A stretch of 64,000 nt of DNA, taken from an uncultured bacterium. GTDB taxonomy: Bacteria > Desulfobacterota_D > UBA1144 > Nemesobacterales > UBA2774. A program made the translations under genes and the position numbers. The notes below the pieces were generated by a model. It searched no databases, had not been told where the DNA came from, and saw only the letters and a program-made list of their open reading frames with translations. Positions 31,456 through 42,434 of the stretch are shown piece by piece (within the stretch, counting starts at the first letter, position 1; each line of letters begins with the position of its first letter). The stretch spans positions 1 through 64,000 of the forward strand of contig CAWGRW010000009.1 in NCBI GenBank assembly GCA_963825135.1, written 5' to 3'.

Positions 31456-31983
31456 TTACTTCGAGCGCGCTTTTTTATACACGATCGGGGTGCGGAGCCT
31501 CCCGCCGTTCATCTCGTACTTATCGGTGGTCAGCATCTTGAGCTTGTATTTAGGGTCGTAGCCCTTCGTGCAGTCGTTACAGGAATAACTCCTGCTCACC
31601 TTCCTGTAAAAATGCACCGCCTTCCTGCACACGGGGCACACGCCCACGTACTTCCCCCTCGGCATGTTGAGCCCTTCGACCGGGGCGCACCTGTCGGGCC
31701 TGCACCCTACCCTCTTCGCCGTCTCTCTCCAGCCGTTGTCGTGGTTCGACTTCCCGGTCTCGATGTAGTGTATCGCGTGCGCGATTTCGTGGAGCAGCGT
31801 GTCCTTCATCACCGGGTAAGGGTTAGTGTTCATGAACGCGAGCGAGAGCGAGATTATCTTCCTCCGGGGCTTGCAGTACCCCAGGTGCCTTTTCTGGTTG
31901 GAAAAGACCAATTTCCAGCCTTCGAGGCTCCATTTCTCCTGCTCCCTCTCCCACACCCTTCTTATCTTTTCACGGGAAGTCAT
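31456..31983 (-). CDS. SprT-like zinc metalloprotease
   Basis: TLLHEIAH...H..W plus CPVC/CNDC zinc ribbon. Confidence 0.9.
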   Translation of the reverse strand: MTSREKIRRVWEREQEKWSLEGWKLVFSNQKRHLGYCKPRRKIISLSLAFMNTNPYPVMKDTLLHEIAHAIHYIETGKSNHDNGWRETAKRVGCRPDRCAPVEGLNMPRGKYVGVCPVCRKAVHFYRKVSRSYSCNDCTKGYDPKYKLKMLTTDKYEMNGGRLRTPIVYKKARSK

Positions 31984-32039
31984 ATTCGGACAGGTTATTA
32001 TTATACCGTGTATAATGAATATGGAAGGGGCAATCTTGC

Positions 32040-32363
32040 ATGGCCGAAAAAATATATTATTTCATCCTCTCGATACCCCGGGAGGAGCTGCTGGCGTACT
32101 CCACAAAGCTGAGCTCCTACATCTCCAAGTTCTTCCCCGGAAAGATCAACCCTTTCACCCTTAAACCCCTGGCAATACTGGAAAATGAGACCGTAACCAA
32201 GATCTCGATAGAGTGCTCGGAGGATGAGATCAGGGCGTTCGCCGGGCGGTTTTTCGACGGCGGGTACGAGCTCGTCGAGCAGGAGGGCGGCGAGGTGGAA
32301 ATAGTGCGCACTATGAGCGGCGAGCAGCCCGCGGCCTCCCCCGGCGGCATCACCAAACACTAG
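32040..32363 (+). CDS. Hypothetical protein
   Basis: 107-aa ORF with RBS-like GAAGGGG; no recognised motif. Confidence 0.65.
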   Translation: MAEKIYYFILSIPREELLAYSTKLSSYISKFFPGKINPFTLKPLAILENETVTKISIECSEDEIRAFAGRFFDGGYELVEQEGGEVEIVRTMSGEQPAASPGGITKH

Positions 32364-32669
32364 CACACAATGTGTGCTCATGTACGATTCCTTCCAATCC
32401 CTCCGATGACGGGGGTTACCCGTGAACTTTCTTAACACTCGTTTGCCTGCGGATGCTATCCGCCGCGGAACCTGCGCTCGTAAACGAGCGCTTCGATTCT
32501 TCTCAGCCCTGACCAACCACGCCGGCAATTCCGACCACCACGGCAGCACCCGGCCATAAAACACACACATTGTGTTTCTACGATTCTCATGCAGCTCCTC
32601 TGCCCATTGAGCAACGACAATAAACCCGTTCGTCCTCTAATTTAATTCCCTCCCCCTCTAGGGAGGGGG

Positions 32670-32761
32670 AACAGTTGCAAGCAAGCGCGCAACCGGTCAC
32701 TCTCTCGGCGAAGTCACCGAAGTACATTAACTTCCGGCTTTACGTTGCCTAAGCCAAAACA
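32670..32761 (+). mobile_element. ~92-nt AAC-stem-loop insert, close to the 954-1045 copy
   Basis: Same target and very similar sequence. Confidence 0.7.
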
Positions 32762-32939
32762 GCCAGGGTGGGGGTGTACCTTAATCTTCCTGTCATTCCC
32801 GATGCATCGGGAATCCACACAAATATGTCGCGGTTCTACCGTTCCGCCTGCACCCCGTCCAACTGTTTATTTTGACACGGCACATTAACAACTGCTGTAT
32901 AATTGCTGTATTGACGTCGGGAATCGAGTGATACAGAGT

Positions 32940-33914
32940 ATGACGAAACGGAATCGCAGTACCTTAATTCTATTGATGATTTTGTTCATATCCGCGTTCC
33001 TGACCCTCAATTCTCCCCAAGGGGCTTCCGCGAGAAACGACCCCGGGACCGGGGAACGGGCACTGTCGGAGAAACAGGAAAAAGCGAAACCACGGATAGA
33101 AATCAGCCTGTACCTTAAAAATGTCAGGTCATTCGATCTCGACAACGGTGATTTCACCGCCGATTTCTGGCTTATCCAGGAATGTGACCGTCCCTGCGCC
33201 ATAAATGACGACTTTGTGATTCAAAACGGATGGGCGGACAGCGTTGAGCTCGTGGACCGGCACGAAAACCGTCAAACCTACAATATAAGGGCAAGCCTCA
33301 TCTCGGACCACGATGTGCGGCATTACCCTTTCGATAGCCATAAATTACCCGTCGTTATCAGATTCAGTGAAGATTACGCCGCCGAGTATGCGCCCGGCAT
33401 GAAAAGCGGATTCGGCCCGGATTTGTTTATACCGGGATTCGAGCTCAGCCCGTTTACGGAAACCGAGATCGTCAAATCACGCAACCAGGCAATGGATGAA
33501 ATGCAGAGTCTCTTCCGGTTCTCCGTAGAGGGCCACAGGATATTACAGGCATCGTTGATGCGGCTGCTCCCTCCCCTCCTCTTTGTGCTGGTCGGCCTTG
33601 CGTGCGTGATGATAAGACCCGATATCAGTCTCCTCTCCGGAGTCCTGCTGGGGTCGGTCTTTTATCAGATATTCCTTAACGAGCATGTTCCCCCGATAAG
33701 CAGGCTTACGTTCGCCGAGATCTTTATGAGTATCAATTATCTGACCCTGGCCCTCTGCATTATACTCTCACTGGGACTTGGCAGATATGTCACCGGGGAG
33801 ACACATAAGCGGTTGCTCTTCATCTCCACGCGGGCGCTGCCCCTCGGATGGTTCCTCCTGCAGGGGGTTAACGTCGTCTTTCTTCTACACTCATTATACG
33901 TGGAGCACGCGTAA
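32940..33914 (+). CDS. Pentameric ligand-gated ion channel-like protein (GLIC/ELIC type)
   Basis: Signal peptide, F.ADFWL, D.RHYPFD.H.L Pro-loop, four C-terminal hydrophobic helices with PPISRLTFAE. Confidence 0.75.
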   Translation: MTKRNRSTLILLMILFISAFLTLNSPQGASARNDPGTGERALSEKQEKAKPRIEISLYLKNVRSFDLDNGDFTADFWLIQECDRPCAINDDFVIQNGWADSVELVDRHENRQTYNIRASLISDHDVRHYPFDSHKLPVVIRFSEDYAAEYAPGMKSGFGPDLFIPGFELSPFTETEIVKSRNQAMDEMQSLFRFSVEGHRILQASLMRLLPPLLFVLVGLACVMIRPDISLLSGVLLGSVFYQIFLNEHVPPISRLTFAEIFMSINYLTLALCIILSLGLGRYVTGETHKRLLFISTRALPLGWFLLQGVNVVFLLHSLYVEHA

Positions 33915-34153
33915 GCCCCGGCTGTATGTCCTTCAACCGGCCCGGTTACCTCGATCGCACACGCACGTAGTGTGTTTTATGATTCTTGCGACTCCTCCGC
34001 ACACCCAGCATCATCGACCACAGCAACCGTAGGAGCGGCTTCCAGCCGCGATACACACATAGTGTGTTTCTACGATTCTCTTCAGCGCTCTGCATGCTCA
34101 AGCAACCGGAGTCCAACCCGTTCGCCCCTGAGCTCGTCGAAGGGTGATTATTT

Positions 34154-34278
34154 CCGACATTACAGAATTTGCGTGAAGAAAATCGATTGTTTACAGCGTA
34201 AAGAAATCTTACGCGGGTGGGCGTCCAATTGAAAGATTTTAGCGAGAACATGAGATTTTTAGCAAATTATGTAGTCGG
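34154..34278 (+). repeat. LH repeat copy 9 (variant)
   Basis: Same arms, tgtt/aaca internal variant. Confidence 0.9.
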
Positions 34279-34452
34279 ATGATTTTTGCTTCTTTTCATC
34301 AAGGAAAAGAAGGATAAATAAAACAGCCTTTCACCTTTCTTTGTCTTTTCATAAAACCACAGTAAGCGTGTTTCGCGGCGGAAGCCGCTCCTACGATAGC
34401 GCAGTTCAGGGGATGCGGAGAATTTACATATGAACACACACCCCTCGCCCCC

Positions 34453-34734
34453 TCAATCCCCCACCGCCTCCATCCCCGGTTCCGGGGCCGCCGTGCAGCA
34501 GTAGAATACGCCGTTTAGAGTGTAGCAGTTCTCGTCGGGGTCGGCGCAGGGCTTGGCGGGGTTGCAGTCGGACAGCGTGCAGACGTCGGATATATCCGGG
34601 TCGTTCGGCGCGAGCGGCAGCTTCTGAACGTCACCCCCGCTTCCGTCGTCGTCCGCGATCGCAAAAGTAACGCCGAGAAATAAAATCAGCGTGATTATAA
34701 GGAAGGCTTTTTTAAGATTACTTATCGCAGGCAT
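34453..34734 (-). CDS. Small secreted Cys-rich protein
   Basis: Signal peptide plus six Cys (CTLSDCNPAKPCADPDENC...YCC). Confidence 0.65.
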   Translation of the reverse strand: MPAISNLKKAFLIITLILFLGVTFAIADDDGSGGDVQKLPLAPNDPDISDVCTLSDCNPAKPCADPDENCYTLNGVFYCCTAAPEPGMEAVGD

Positions 34735-34812
34735 GGTCTTTCGCTCCTTTCGGGGATGCGGTCCCGCTCCCCTCGGCAAAATTCTAATGCCTGTCTCAAT
34801 CAAATACAATGA

Positions 34813-35661
34813 TCATTGACTCGCTATGTCTATCTCGTAGTCGATGATCGAGCGAGCGCCCGAGCCCCGGTACGATCCGGTGAGCGGAGCGGCTTCTTCC
34901 GGAATGACACCGGCCGACACCGTGACGTGCTGGTCTGCGACGGCGAGCCCGGAGGACGGGTCGTATCCCCTCCACCCCCCGCCCGGTATGTACACCTCGG
35001 CCCAAGCATGGAGCTGCCTCTCCTCGCCCATCATCTCGTTCTCCCTGTACCCGCTAATGAACCGCGCAGCGATGCCCACGGCCCTGCACGCCTCCATGAA
35101 GAGGACAGTGACGTCCCTGCACGCCCCCCTCTTCGAGCCGAGGGTAATCTCCGCCGGGTAAGGCGGCCCCTCGTGCCTTATGAGCTGCTCGAAGTCGTTG
35201 TATATGCGCTGAGTGAGCGCCAGGATGAAAGGCATGGTCTCGACGCCCGACTCGTATATCACGTCCGTGACGAACTTGTCCACCTGCCCCTCGGGCTCGG
35301 TGTTGCGCATGAAATAGGGCCTCAGCGACGGGACGTAGTATTTAGGGTAGAACACGGGGAGCTTCAGCACCGAAGGCTCCGTGATGATGTAGTCGAACGG
35401 GTTCGTCCGCAGCGTCTCGACCTCCGAGCGGGTCGTGATGGTCAGGTGGTCGTGCTTCCCGGAGAACCAGGCGCACGCGCTGTCGTTCCCCGCGACGTCC
35501 ACAATGTCGGCGACGCCGTCGGGTTTCGGATCGATGTCCATCTCGAAGCTTACGAGACGCTGCGACCCGTCGCTCTTGGGTCTGAGCCTTATCGTCTGCG
35601 GGTCGAGAAACACGCCCTCGGTATATTTGTATCTCGTCGTGTGCCTGATCTTTATATTCAT
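34813..35661 (-). CDS. Transglutaminase family protein (Anbu operon)
   Basis: H.TRY.Y N-domain, GACRD, ARFISGY, HAWAEVY.PG.GW..DP. Confidence 0.95.
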   Translation of the reverse strand: MNIKIRHTTRYKYTEGVFLDPQTIRLRPKSDGSQRLVSFEMDIDPKPDGVADIVDVAGNDSACAWFSGKHDHLTITTRSEVETLRTNPFDYIITEPSVLKLPVFYPKYYVPSLRPYFMRNTEPEGQVDKFVTDVIYESGVETMPFILALTQRIYNDFEQLIRHEGPPYPAEITLGSKRGACRDVTVLFMEACRAVGIAARFISGYRENEMMGEERQLHAWAEVYIPGGGWRGYDPSSGLAVADQHVTVSAGVIPEEAAPLTGSYRGSGARSIIDYEIDIASQ

Positions 35662-35681
35662 AGTCTCACTCCCTTCGTATG

Positions 35682-36419
35682 TCATTTCACGCCGTCGCCG
35701 AGCTTCGAGAAAGCCGCCATCACCCAGTCGTGCGGCAGCTCCCTTATCGCCTCTCTTATCCTCTTCTGCCACCACTCGGATATCTGTATCAGCTCCGCCC
35801 TCTCGTACCTGTGCTCCACGATGTCGTACGTATCCGCCCTGTAGAGCACCACGTCGATGGGGAAGTCCACGTCTATCGCGCTCGTCCGGGTCGCGTCGAA
35901 CGCGAGGTAGCCTATCTTGAGCGCGGTCTCCATGTTGAGCTCGTAGGAGAGCGCCCTGTCCATGATGGGCTTCCCGTAGCTCGACTCCCCTATCAGGTAA
36001 TACGGAGTCCCCTGCCCCACCTCCACCCAGTTCCCCTGCGGGTACAGCATGTAGAGCTTATGCTCGGTGTCGTTCTCGAGCTGGCCGCCGATGATGGTCA
36101 GGAGGTCGAAATGGAGCCCCCCCTCTTCGAGCGCCTTCTTGTCCTCTTCCGCGACGCGCCTCACCTGGGCTGCGAACGCGTTCACCGCCTTGTAGAGCTT
36201 GTCGAAGGTGTTGTCGTCCTGCTCCAGCACCTCGCTGAAATACGTGAGCGCCTTGTCCCTCACCGAGCGGAGCCCCGAGGTCATGAGGAAGAGCGAGTGC
36301 CTGCCGTACTGATGGATGGTCACCTTCCTCGCGGTAATGCTCTCGGAGCCCGTCGTTACGAGCGTGTCCGCTATGCCGACGAGACCCTTTCTCACCTTCA
36401 TGCCTACGCAGAACGTCAC
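35682..36419 (-). CDS. Proteasome-type protease Anbu
   Basis: MT start (Thr nucleophile), LY.LYPQGNW.E, IGE..YGKPI.DR. Confidence 0.92.
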   Translation of the reverse strand: MTFCVGMKVRKGLVGIADTLVTTGSESITARKVTIHQYGRHSLFLMTSGLRSVRDKALTYFSEVLEQDDNTFDKLYKAVNAFAAQVRRVAEEDKKALEEGGLHFDLLTIIGGQLENDTEHKLYMLYPQGNWVEVGQGTPYYLIGESSYGKPIMDRALSYELNMETALKIGYLAFDATRTSAIDVDFPIDVVLYRADTYDIVEHRYERAELIQISEWWQKRIREAIRELPHDWVMAAFSKLGDGVK

Positions 36420-37396
36420 TCTTCCATGCCTCCTACCGCATCGGGCGCGGCGGCGGGGCCGAACGCGAAGAACGTATCCCTTATCGAGTCGTCCGCGTTG
36501 TTGATCTCGGTCTGGAACCTGTCCAGGTAATCGTGGAGCCCTTCATTTATGATGTCGTCTATCCTCGCGTAGGTGAGCTCGGCGTGGAGCCTGCCCATGC
36601 GCCTCTCGGCTTCGTTCCGGAACATGCCCGCGGGCGTGCCGGTTATCGAATGGAGCGACGCCTCGGCCATTATCACGCAGTAGAGTATCGCGCGCGGGAA
36701 GTGCCTGTCGAGCAGCAGGAACTGCACGACGGATTCGGGCGTTATCTGCTCGTACTTCCTCCTGTACATGTCGAGCGCGCTCGCCGATTTCAGGAGCGCC
36801 GCCCACTGAATGTTGTCTATCGGCGTGCCCACGTCCTCGGGCTTGGGAAGGAGTATGAAATATTTCACGTCTATGATACGGGACGTCTTGTCGGCCCGCT
36901 CGAGGAGTTTGCCCATGCGGGCGAAGTGCCAGTCCTCGCCGCGGTTCATGGTCGAGTCCGCTATGCCGGCGTAGAGGTGGCTCTCGGTCTTCACCCTCTG
37001 GTAAAAGTCCTGCGGGGTCTCGGCCGCGACGCCGCTCAACGCGGAGTCCCTGACGAAGTAATAGAACTTGTTTATCTGCTCCCACATCTCGGAGGAGATT
37101 ATCTCCCTTATCGACCTCGCGTTCTCCCTCACCATCGTGAGCGTGGAGAGTATGGAGTTAGGGTTCTCCCTGTCGAACGTCAGGAAATCGAGCACGCTCT
37201 CGCGGGTCGCTTCCCCGTAACGCTCCTTGAAAATCTCGAGGTCGCCCGTGGTGCTGACGAGCGGCCCCCACTGCCCCTGCTCGGTCTGCATGTCGAGCAT
37301 GAGGTGGAGGTTCACCTCTATGAACCTCGCCACGTTCTCGGCGCGCTCCATGTATCTCGACATCCAGTATATGGAACTCGCTACCCTGCTAAGCAT
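36416..37396 (-). CDS. Alpha-E domain protein (DUF403)
   Basis: MLSRVA...W..RY.ERAEN.AR and ERADKTSR motifs. Confidence 0.95.
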   Translation of the reverse strand: MLSRVASSIYWMSRYMERAENVARFIEVNLHLMLDMQTEQGQWGPLVSTTGDLEIFKERYGEATRESVLDFLTFDRENPNSILSTLTMVRENARSIREIISSEMWEQINKFYYFVRDSALSGVAAETPQDFYQRVKTESHLYAGIADSTMNRGEDWHFARMGKLLERADKTSRIIDVKYFILLPKPEDVGTPIDNIQWAALLKSASALDMYRRKYEQITPESVVQFLLLDRHFPRAILYCVIMAEASLHSITGTPAGMFRNEAERRMGRLHAELTYARIDDIINEGLHDYLDRFQTEINNADDSIRDTFFAFGPAAAPDAVGGMEE

Positions 37397-37455
37397 ATCG
37401 GTTAACGCCTGTATTCAAATTTTTAGATTACGGGAGAAAGAGGTCCTCCGCGGTC

Positions 37456-38901
37456 TCAGGGCGTGTCCCTGAGCACCCACGTGTCCTTGCTCCCGCCCCC
37501 CTGAGACGAGTTTACCACCAGTGATCCTTTCTTGAGCGCGACCCTCGTGAGCCCCCCCGGCATCACGTATATGTCCTCTCCGTAAAGCGTGTAGGGCCTG
37601 AAGTCCACGTGCCTGCCCTCGAAGCGGTCTCCCGCGAGTATCGGGACCCTCGAGAGGGACACGGTCGGCTGGGCGATGTAGTTCCTCGGGTCCTCCAGTA
37701 TCTTCCCCCGGAACTCCTCCCTGACGCTGGCGCTCGCCTTGGGCCCTATCATTATCCCGTATCCGCCCGATTCGTTGGCGGGCTTCACGACGAGGCTTTC
37801 CAGGTTCTCGAGCACGTATTTCCTGTCGAGCTCCTCCCAGCACACGTAAGTCGGCACGTTCGGGAGGATCGGGTCCTCCCCGGTGTAGTATTTTATTATC
37901 TCCGGCACGTACGCGTAAATTATCTTGTCGTCCGCTATCCCCGTCCCTATGGCGTTCACGAGCGCCACGTGACCGGACTTGTACACGTCCATTATCCCCG
38001 GCACTCCCAGGAGCGAGTCCTCCCTGAATGCGAGCGGGTCGATGAAATCGTCGTCTATGCGCCTGTAAATGACGTCCACCTTCTGGAGCCCCTTGGTCGT
38101 CTTCATGTAGACGTATCCGTCGGTCACGGCGAGGTCCCCGCCCTCGACGAGCTCTATGCCCATCTGCTGCGCGAGGAACGAGTGCTCGAAGTAAGCCGAG
38201 TTGAATATGCCGGGAGTGAGGAGGACGATTGTCGGAGACTGCGCCCCGCCCGGCGCCATGTACTGGAGCATCTCGCGGAGCCTGTAGGGGTAATCGTCCA
38301 CGGGCCTTATCTTGAGGTCCTCGAATATCCTCGGGAACGTGCGCTTCAGCACCTCCCTGTTCTCGAGCACGTACGACACCCCGGAAGGGCATCTGAGGTT
38401 GTCCTCGAGCACGTAATAAACGCCGTCCCCTCCCCTCACGAGGTCCGTTCCCGAAATGTGGCACCATATGCCGCGGGGAGGCCTGAACCCCTCGCACTGG
38501 GGCCTGTAGCACTTGCTCGTCCTGAGAAGCTCCTCGGGAACTATTCCGTCTTTCAGTATTTTCTTGCCGTTGTATATGTCGTCTATGAAGAGGTTAAGGG
38601 CGTATATCCTCTGCTTGAGCCCCCTTTCGAGCGCTTCCCACTCGCGCCCCTCTATGACACGCGGGATTATGTCGAACGGGAAGATCCTCTCGGTCCCCTC
38701 CTCCTCGCCGTAGACCGTGAACGTCACGCCCATCTGGAAGAGCCTCGCCTCGGTCGCCTTCTGACGCCTCAGGAGCTCTCCCCCGGGGAGCTGTTCCAGC
38801 CGCCGGAGAAGCACGGACGCGCCCTCCCTCGGACTTCCGTCCGCGTGGAAGTACTCGTCGAAAAAACCCTCCGTATCGTAATCCTTGTAATACATGACCA
38901 T
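37456..38901 (-). CDS. Circularly permuted type 2 ATP-grasp protein
   Basis: [51 protein letters not shown]. Confidence 0.95.
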   Translation of the reverse strand: MVMYYKDYDTEGFFDEYFHADGSPREGASVLLRRLEQLPGGELLRRQKATEARLFQMGVTFTVYGEEEGTERIFPFDIIPRVIEGREWEALERGLKQRIYALNLFIDDIYNGKKILKDGIVPEELLRTSKCYRPQCEGFRPPRGIWCHISGTDLVRGGDGVYYVLEDNLRCPSGVSYVLENREVLKRTFPRIFEDLKIRPVDDYPYRLREMLQYMAPGGAQSPTIVLLTPGIFNSAYFEHSFLAQQMGIELVEGGDLAVTDGYVYMKTTKGLQKVDVIYRRIDDDFIDPLAFREDSLLGVPGIMDVYKSGHVALVNAIGTGIADDKIIYAYVPEIIKYYTGEDPILPNVPTYVCWEELDRKYVLENLESLVVKPANESGGYGIMIGPKASASVREEFRGKILEDPRNYIAQPTVSLSRVPILAGDRFEGRHVDFRPYTLYGEDIYVMPGGLTRVALKKGSLVVNSSQGGGSKDTWVLRDTP

Positions 38902-39080
38902 CCCTCTAGTCTAACATTTTATTTTTATTCCTCTCATTTTTCTCTCGCCTTCCCCCCCCTTTTTTTAGTTCCCCGGGCCAAGAGAGACAGGGGGGATGGC
39001 CCGGGGATAGGCTAAAGGTGTTTTTAGTTCATCGTTTCCGGAAGCCCGGGATTCTGTCATCCCGCGCCGGCATAAAATAG

Positions 39081-39116
39081 CCGGAGACGGGAACACCCGT
39101 ATATTCCCGTCTCCGG
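39081..39116 (-). terminator. Hairpin downstream of the 39163-39555 gene
   Basis: ccggagacggga...tcccgtctccgg inverted repeat, followed by a T tract on the - strand. Confidence 0.6.
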
Positions 39117-39162
39117 CCACATAAGGAGGTTTGAAGATATGAGATTGTATTCGTGTTTGACA

Positions 39163-39555
39163 TCAGTTCATGCCCACTGCCTTGGGTTTCGCGTAATATT
39201 CCCCTTCCTCTTTCTCTTCGACCGTACCGTCGTAATCGCCCGGCCGGTCGATGTAGCTCTGGCTCACGAGCTTCTTTTCTATGAGGTACGGTATCCTGTC
39301 CTTTATTTCAGGGTCGTAGGAGCATACGCCCGACATGACGAAGGCGAGGAGGGCTATTTCCGTGAGGTAGCTCACGTTCGCCTCCACGACGTCCTTCGGG
39401 TATTGCCCTTCCTCCGGCTGGCGGAGGTTCAGGTAGATCGTTTCCCTGAGCGAGTGCCCGGCGTCGAAGACGTTCTTTCCGGGTTCGTTCTGCCTCAACC
39501 ACACTCCCAGGTTGAATGCCGCCTTTATCGAGTTTACCGCGCTGTCGTTATTCAT
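39163..39555 (-). CDS. Hypothetical protein
   Basis: 130-aa ORF with AGGAGG RBS. Confidence 0.75.
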   Translation of the reverse strand: MNNDSAVNSIKAAFNLGVWLRQNEPGKNVFDAGHSLRETIYLNLRQPEEGQYPKDVVEANVSYLTEIALLAFVMSGVCSYDPEIKDRIPYLIEKKLVSQSYIDRPGDYDGTVEEKEEGEYYAKPKAVGMN

Positions 39556-39682
39556 CGTCCTTCCTCCTTTAAAGAGTATTTTCAGATGCTCCGACCCGTT
39601 TCCCCCTTAAACCCGCTGCTGCTTCTCTTAACTGTACGCACTTGCGTATGTTTCAACCCGAATGCATACGAGGATATATATG

Positions 39683-39697
39683 GCAAAATTCGTGCCA
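39683..39697 (-). promoter_or_regulatory. sigma54 -24/-12 promoter
   Basis: TGGCACGAATTTTGC on the - strand, a consensus match with GG-N10-GC spacing. Confidence 0.7.
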
Positions 39698-40146
39698 ATC
39701 CCGTAAATAAAGGGGAATTGATGGATTTTAATTGGATTTCAAGCCTTTAGAACTATTAGCAGTTGCAAAAGAATTGTGAAGAAACCGTAATTTTGCCTAT
39801 ATTCTGTACATAGCGGGCTATTTTATAGGCAATCCGGCCGGAATTTAAGCCGCGGACTTGAGAAATTACTTTACCTGCGCTGATTAATTTCCCCTCCCCC
39901 TTCACAGGAGGGGGGAGGGCCGGGGTGGGGGTGTACCTTTCATCAATCAAATCAGTCATCCTGAATTTATTTCAGGATCTCATCTTTTATCTTTTTCGTC
40001 ATTTCAATGAACTCGATATTATCTCACTAAAAACACGTTCGGGAGCGCAGCAGGGTGGGAGGATGTACCGAATTGAATATTGTCCATCACCCCCATCCTA
40101 ACCTTCCCCCCTCAAGGGGGAAGGAAGTAATGCCGCCCCTCCCTTA

Positions 40147-41198
40147 TCAGGGACTGTCTTCCCCGCCGCACCCGATCGCCCTCTCCGCACAGGTCGAGGG
40201 ATCCGGGCCCTCCGCGCAGAGCGTCGTGAAATAGGTGCACATCTTGTGGTCCTCGCTAATGCCGTCAATGTTGTCGATACCGTAGGTCACCACCTGCGCG
40301 CCTATAGTTATGAGATTGCAGTTGTCCGCGCTGAAATCGGGGAGCGCCGGAAGCGCGACGCCGAAAGCTAACTGAAGCACGTTGCTCACGTGCTGGTACA
40401 TGAAATCCGGACAGTCGAGCCCCGTGGGGGGGAGCTTCGGAACGAGGTCGTTCTCGTTCACGACCCTCCAGCTCACGCGGTCAGGTCCGTATTCCGCCTG
40501 GTACATGCTCACGAAATCGCTGTCCCCTACGGCCGGCCCTGCGAAGCTGTACATAAACACGTTCGCGGCGGACGAGTTCTGAGAGAGGTCGGGGAATGCA
40601 AGCGCGGCAATCGCCGCCCCGAGGCTGTGCCCGGTGATATATAGATTGTCATAGTCGCCCGTCATGAGAAGCTGGTCGAGATCGCTCAGTATGTCGGACT
40701 CCACCGGGAAGTCGCCCGAGCCCTCGTACATGCCGAGGAATCCGCCAGAGACCATGCCTCCGTCGGGCACGAGGTCGTAGTCGACCTGTATCGCGAGGGC
40801 GTCGGATATAGCGTCTGCGACGTTGGACGTTCCCCTGAAGGCGAGATAAATGCTGTTGCCCTCCGTGGCGATGAATGCTAGAGGCACGACGCCCTTGTCA
40901 TCGAGGCACGTATCGTTAAATGTGGGGTCGACGGATTCGTAAATTACGTCCTCAAGCGTCCAGGGGGCAGGGACCGTGATCGCGTCCTTTCCGGAGGCTA
41001 CGCACTGCTTAAGCTGCTCGTAAGCGACAAGGCTCAGCTCGCCGAGGTCGATCGCCGCCTCGAGATCGAGTACGGGATCCACCGGCGGGGGCTCCTCGCC
41101 GACGCCTCCGCCCTCCGCCGCCGTTACTGCATCCGCCCGCGAGTCCGAACGATACGGCCAGCAGGAGCGCAGTCGCAATTAAATTCCCTCTTTCTCAT
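40147..41198 (-). CDS. Lipase class 3 family lipoprotein, 5' frameshifts
   Basis: AFRGT, TGHSLG, Y.FAGP.VG, RVVN..D.VP..P; upstream LAGGC lipobox in another frame with GGAGG RBS. Confidence 0.85.
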
Positions 41199-41336
41199 TT
41201 TATCCTCCGGGTTTCTGGTCTGCAGTAAATATTATAACCAATCGAAATCGCATCCCGCTCATCCCGGATAAGAATAAAAAAAAGCCCCTCCGTCCGCCTT
41301 ACCTCCCCCGCTCCCCTCTGGTATGATGTTCGGGCG

Positions 41337-41990
41337 ATGAAGACACTCAGGTTCGGCATATACGCGGGGATAATATGGGCGCTCGTCTCGCTCATACTCA
41401 TCGCGGCGTCGGTATTAGCGGGTCTCAGGCTCGCGTGGGTGGAGCTCGACTTCAGAATCCTCTCGGGCTCGTTCCTCCTCGCGGCCAAGGCGCTCGGCTT
41501 CGGGGACGCCGTGAGCGGCCTCGCGTCCTACGCAGACACCGGGCTGCCCATGACGACTCTCCGCGTAACGGCGTGCGCGGCGCTCACGTTCGCGGACGGA
41601 TTCACGAGCGGCGTGATCATCGCGCTCATATATAACCTCCTCGCCGGGGGCAAGGGAGGGAGCACCCTCGGGAAGACGCTTTCGTTCGGCATAGCGTCGG
41701 GGATAACTCTTGGAATAGCGTCGGGTCTTCTCGCGCTCGCGAGCATGGCGTACGGCCTCAATATCGTGTCGTTCGATTTCACCGTGAGGCCCGTGTGGGT
41801 GACTTTCTATCTGCTGTCCAAAACCGGAATGCCCGGGTTTCTCTTTCCGCTCATGAATTCATACATGTACTTCCCGAACGGCCCCGCGGGGGCGCTCGCG
41901 TGGGCGGCGTGGGGCTTTATCGACGGGCTCGTCGAAGGCGCGGTGCTCGCTTACCTGTTTTTAACGTTTCGCGGAGTTGTTAAAACCTGA
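41337..41990 (+). CDS. Integral membrane hypothetical protein with two internal repeats
   Basis: KTL.FGI..GI...L and F.DG...G duplicated motifs. Confidence 0.75.
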   Translation: MKTLRFGIYAGIIWALVSLILIAASVLAGLRLAWVELDFRILSGSFLLAAKALGFGDAVSGLASYADTGLPMTTLRVTACAALTFADGFTSGVIIALIYNLLAGGKGGSTLGKTLSFGIASGITLGIASGLLALASMAYGLNIVSFDFTVRPVWVTFYLLSKTGMPGFLFPLMNSYMYFPNGPAGALAWAAWGFIDGLVEGAVLAYLFLTFRGVVKT

Positions 41991-42080
41991 GCCGAGGTCG
42001 CGCGCACAGTGTGTGTTTGATATGAAAAGAAAATATTAACGTATTTCTTCTTTTCCTTGATGAAAAGAAGCAAAAATCAT

Positions 42081-42291
42081 CCGACTACATAATTTGCTAA
42101 AAATCTCATGTACTCGCTAAATCTTCCGATTCTACCCCATCGGAGCAATAGTTTAGCGATGTCCGTGGCTAACTAACGTCGTGCGGATAGGAGAGGGCGT
42201 CCGAATGCGCGCTCGCTTGCATTCGTTCCACGTAAGATTCTTAACGCTCGTACAATCGATTTTCTTAACGCAAATTCTGTAGAGTTGTCGG
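42081..42291 (-). repeat. LH repeat copy 10, inverted, with an 86-nt insertion in the loop
   Basis: Reverse complement of the consensus interrupted at 42142-42227. Confidence 0.85.
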
Positions 42292-42434
42292 AAAGCAAAC
42301 TATGTGTGTGATTTAGCTTCTTTGTATCCGACCAAGCCCAGCACATATGGAATGTTATATCTTAAATCCTCATATCCCCTTTTCAAGGGGAAATCATTAC
42401 ATACCTGCTATGCGCGCGGCGGCTCGCCGCCCTC

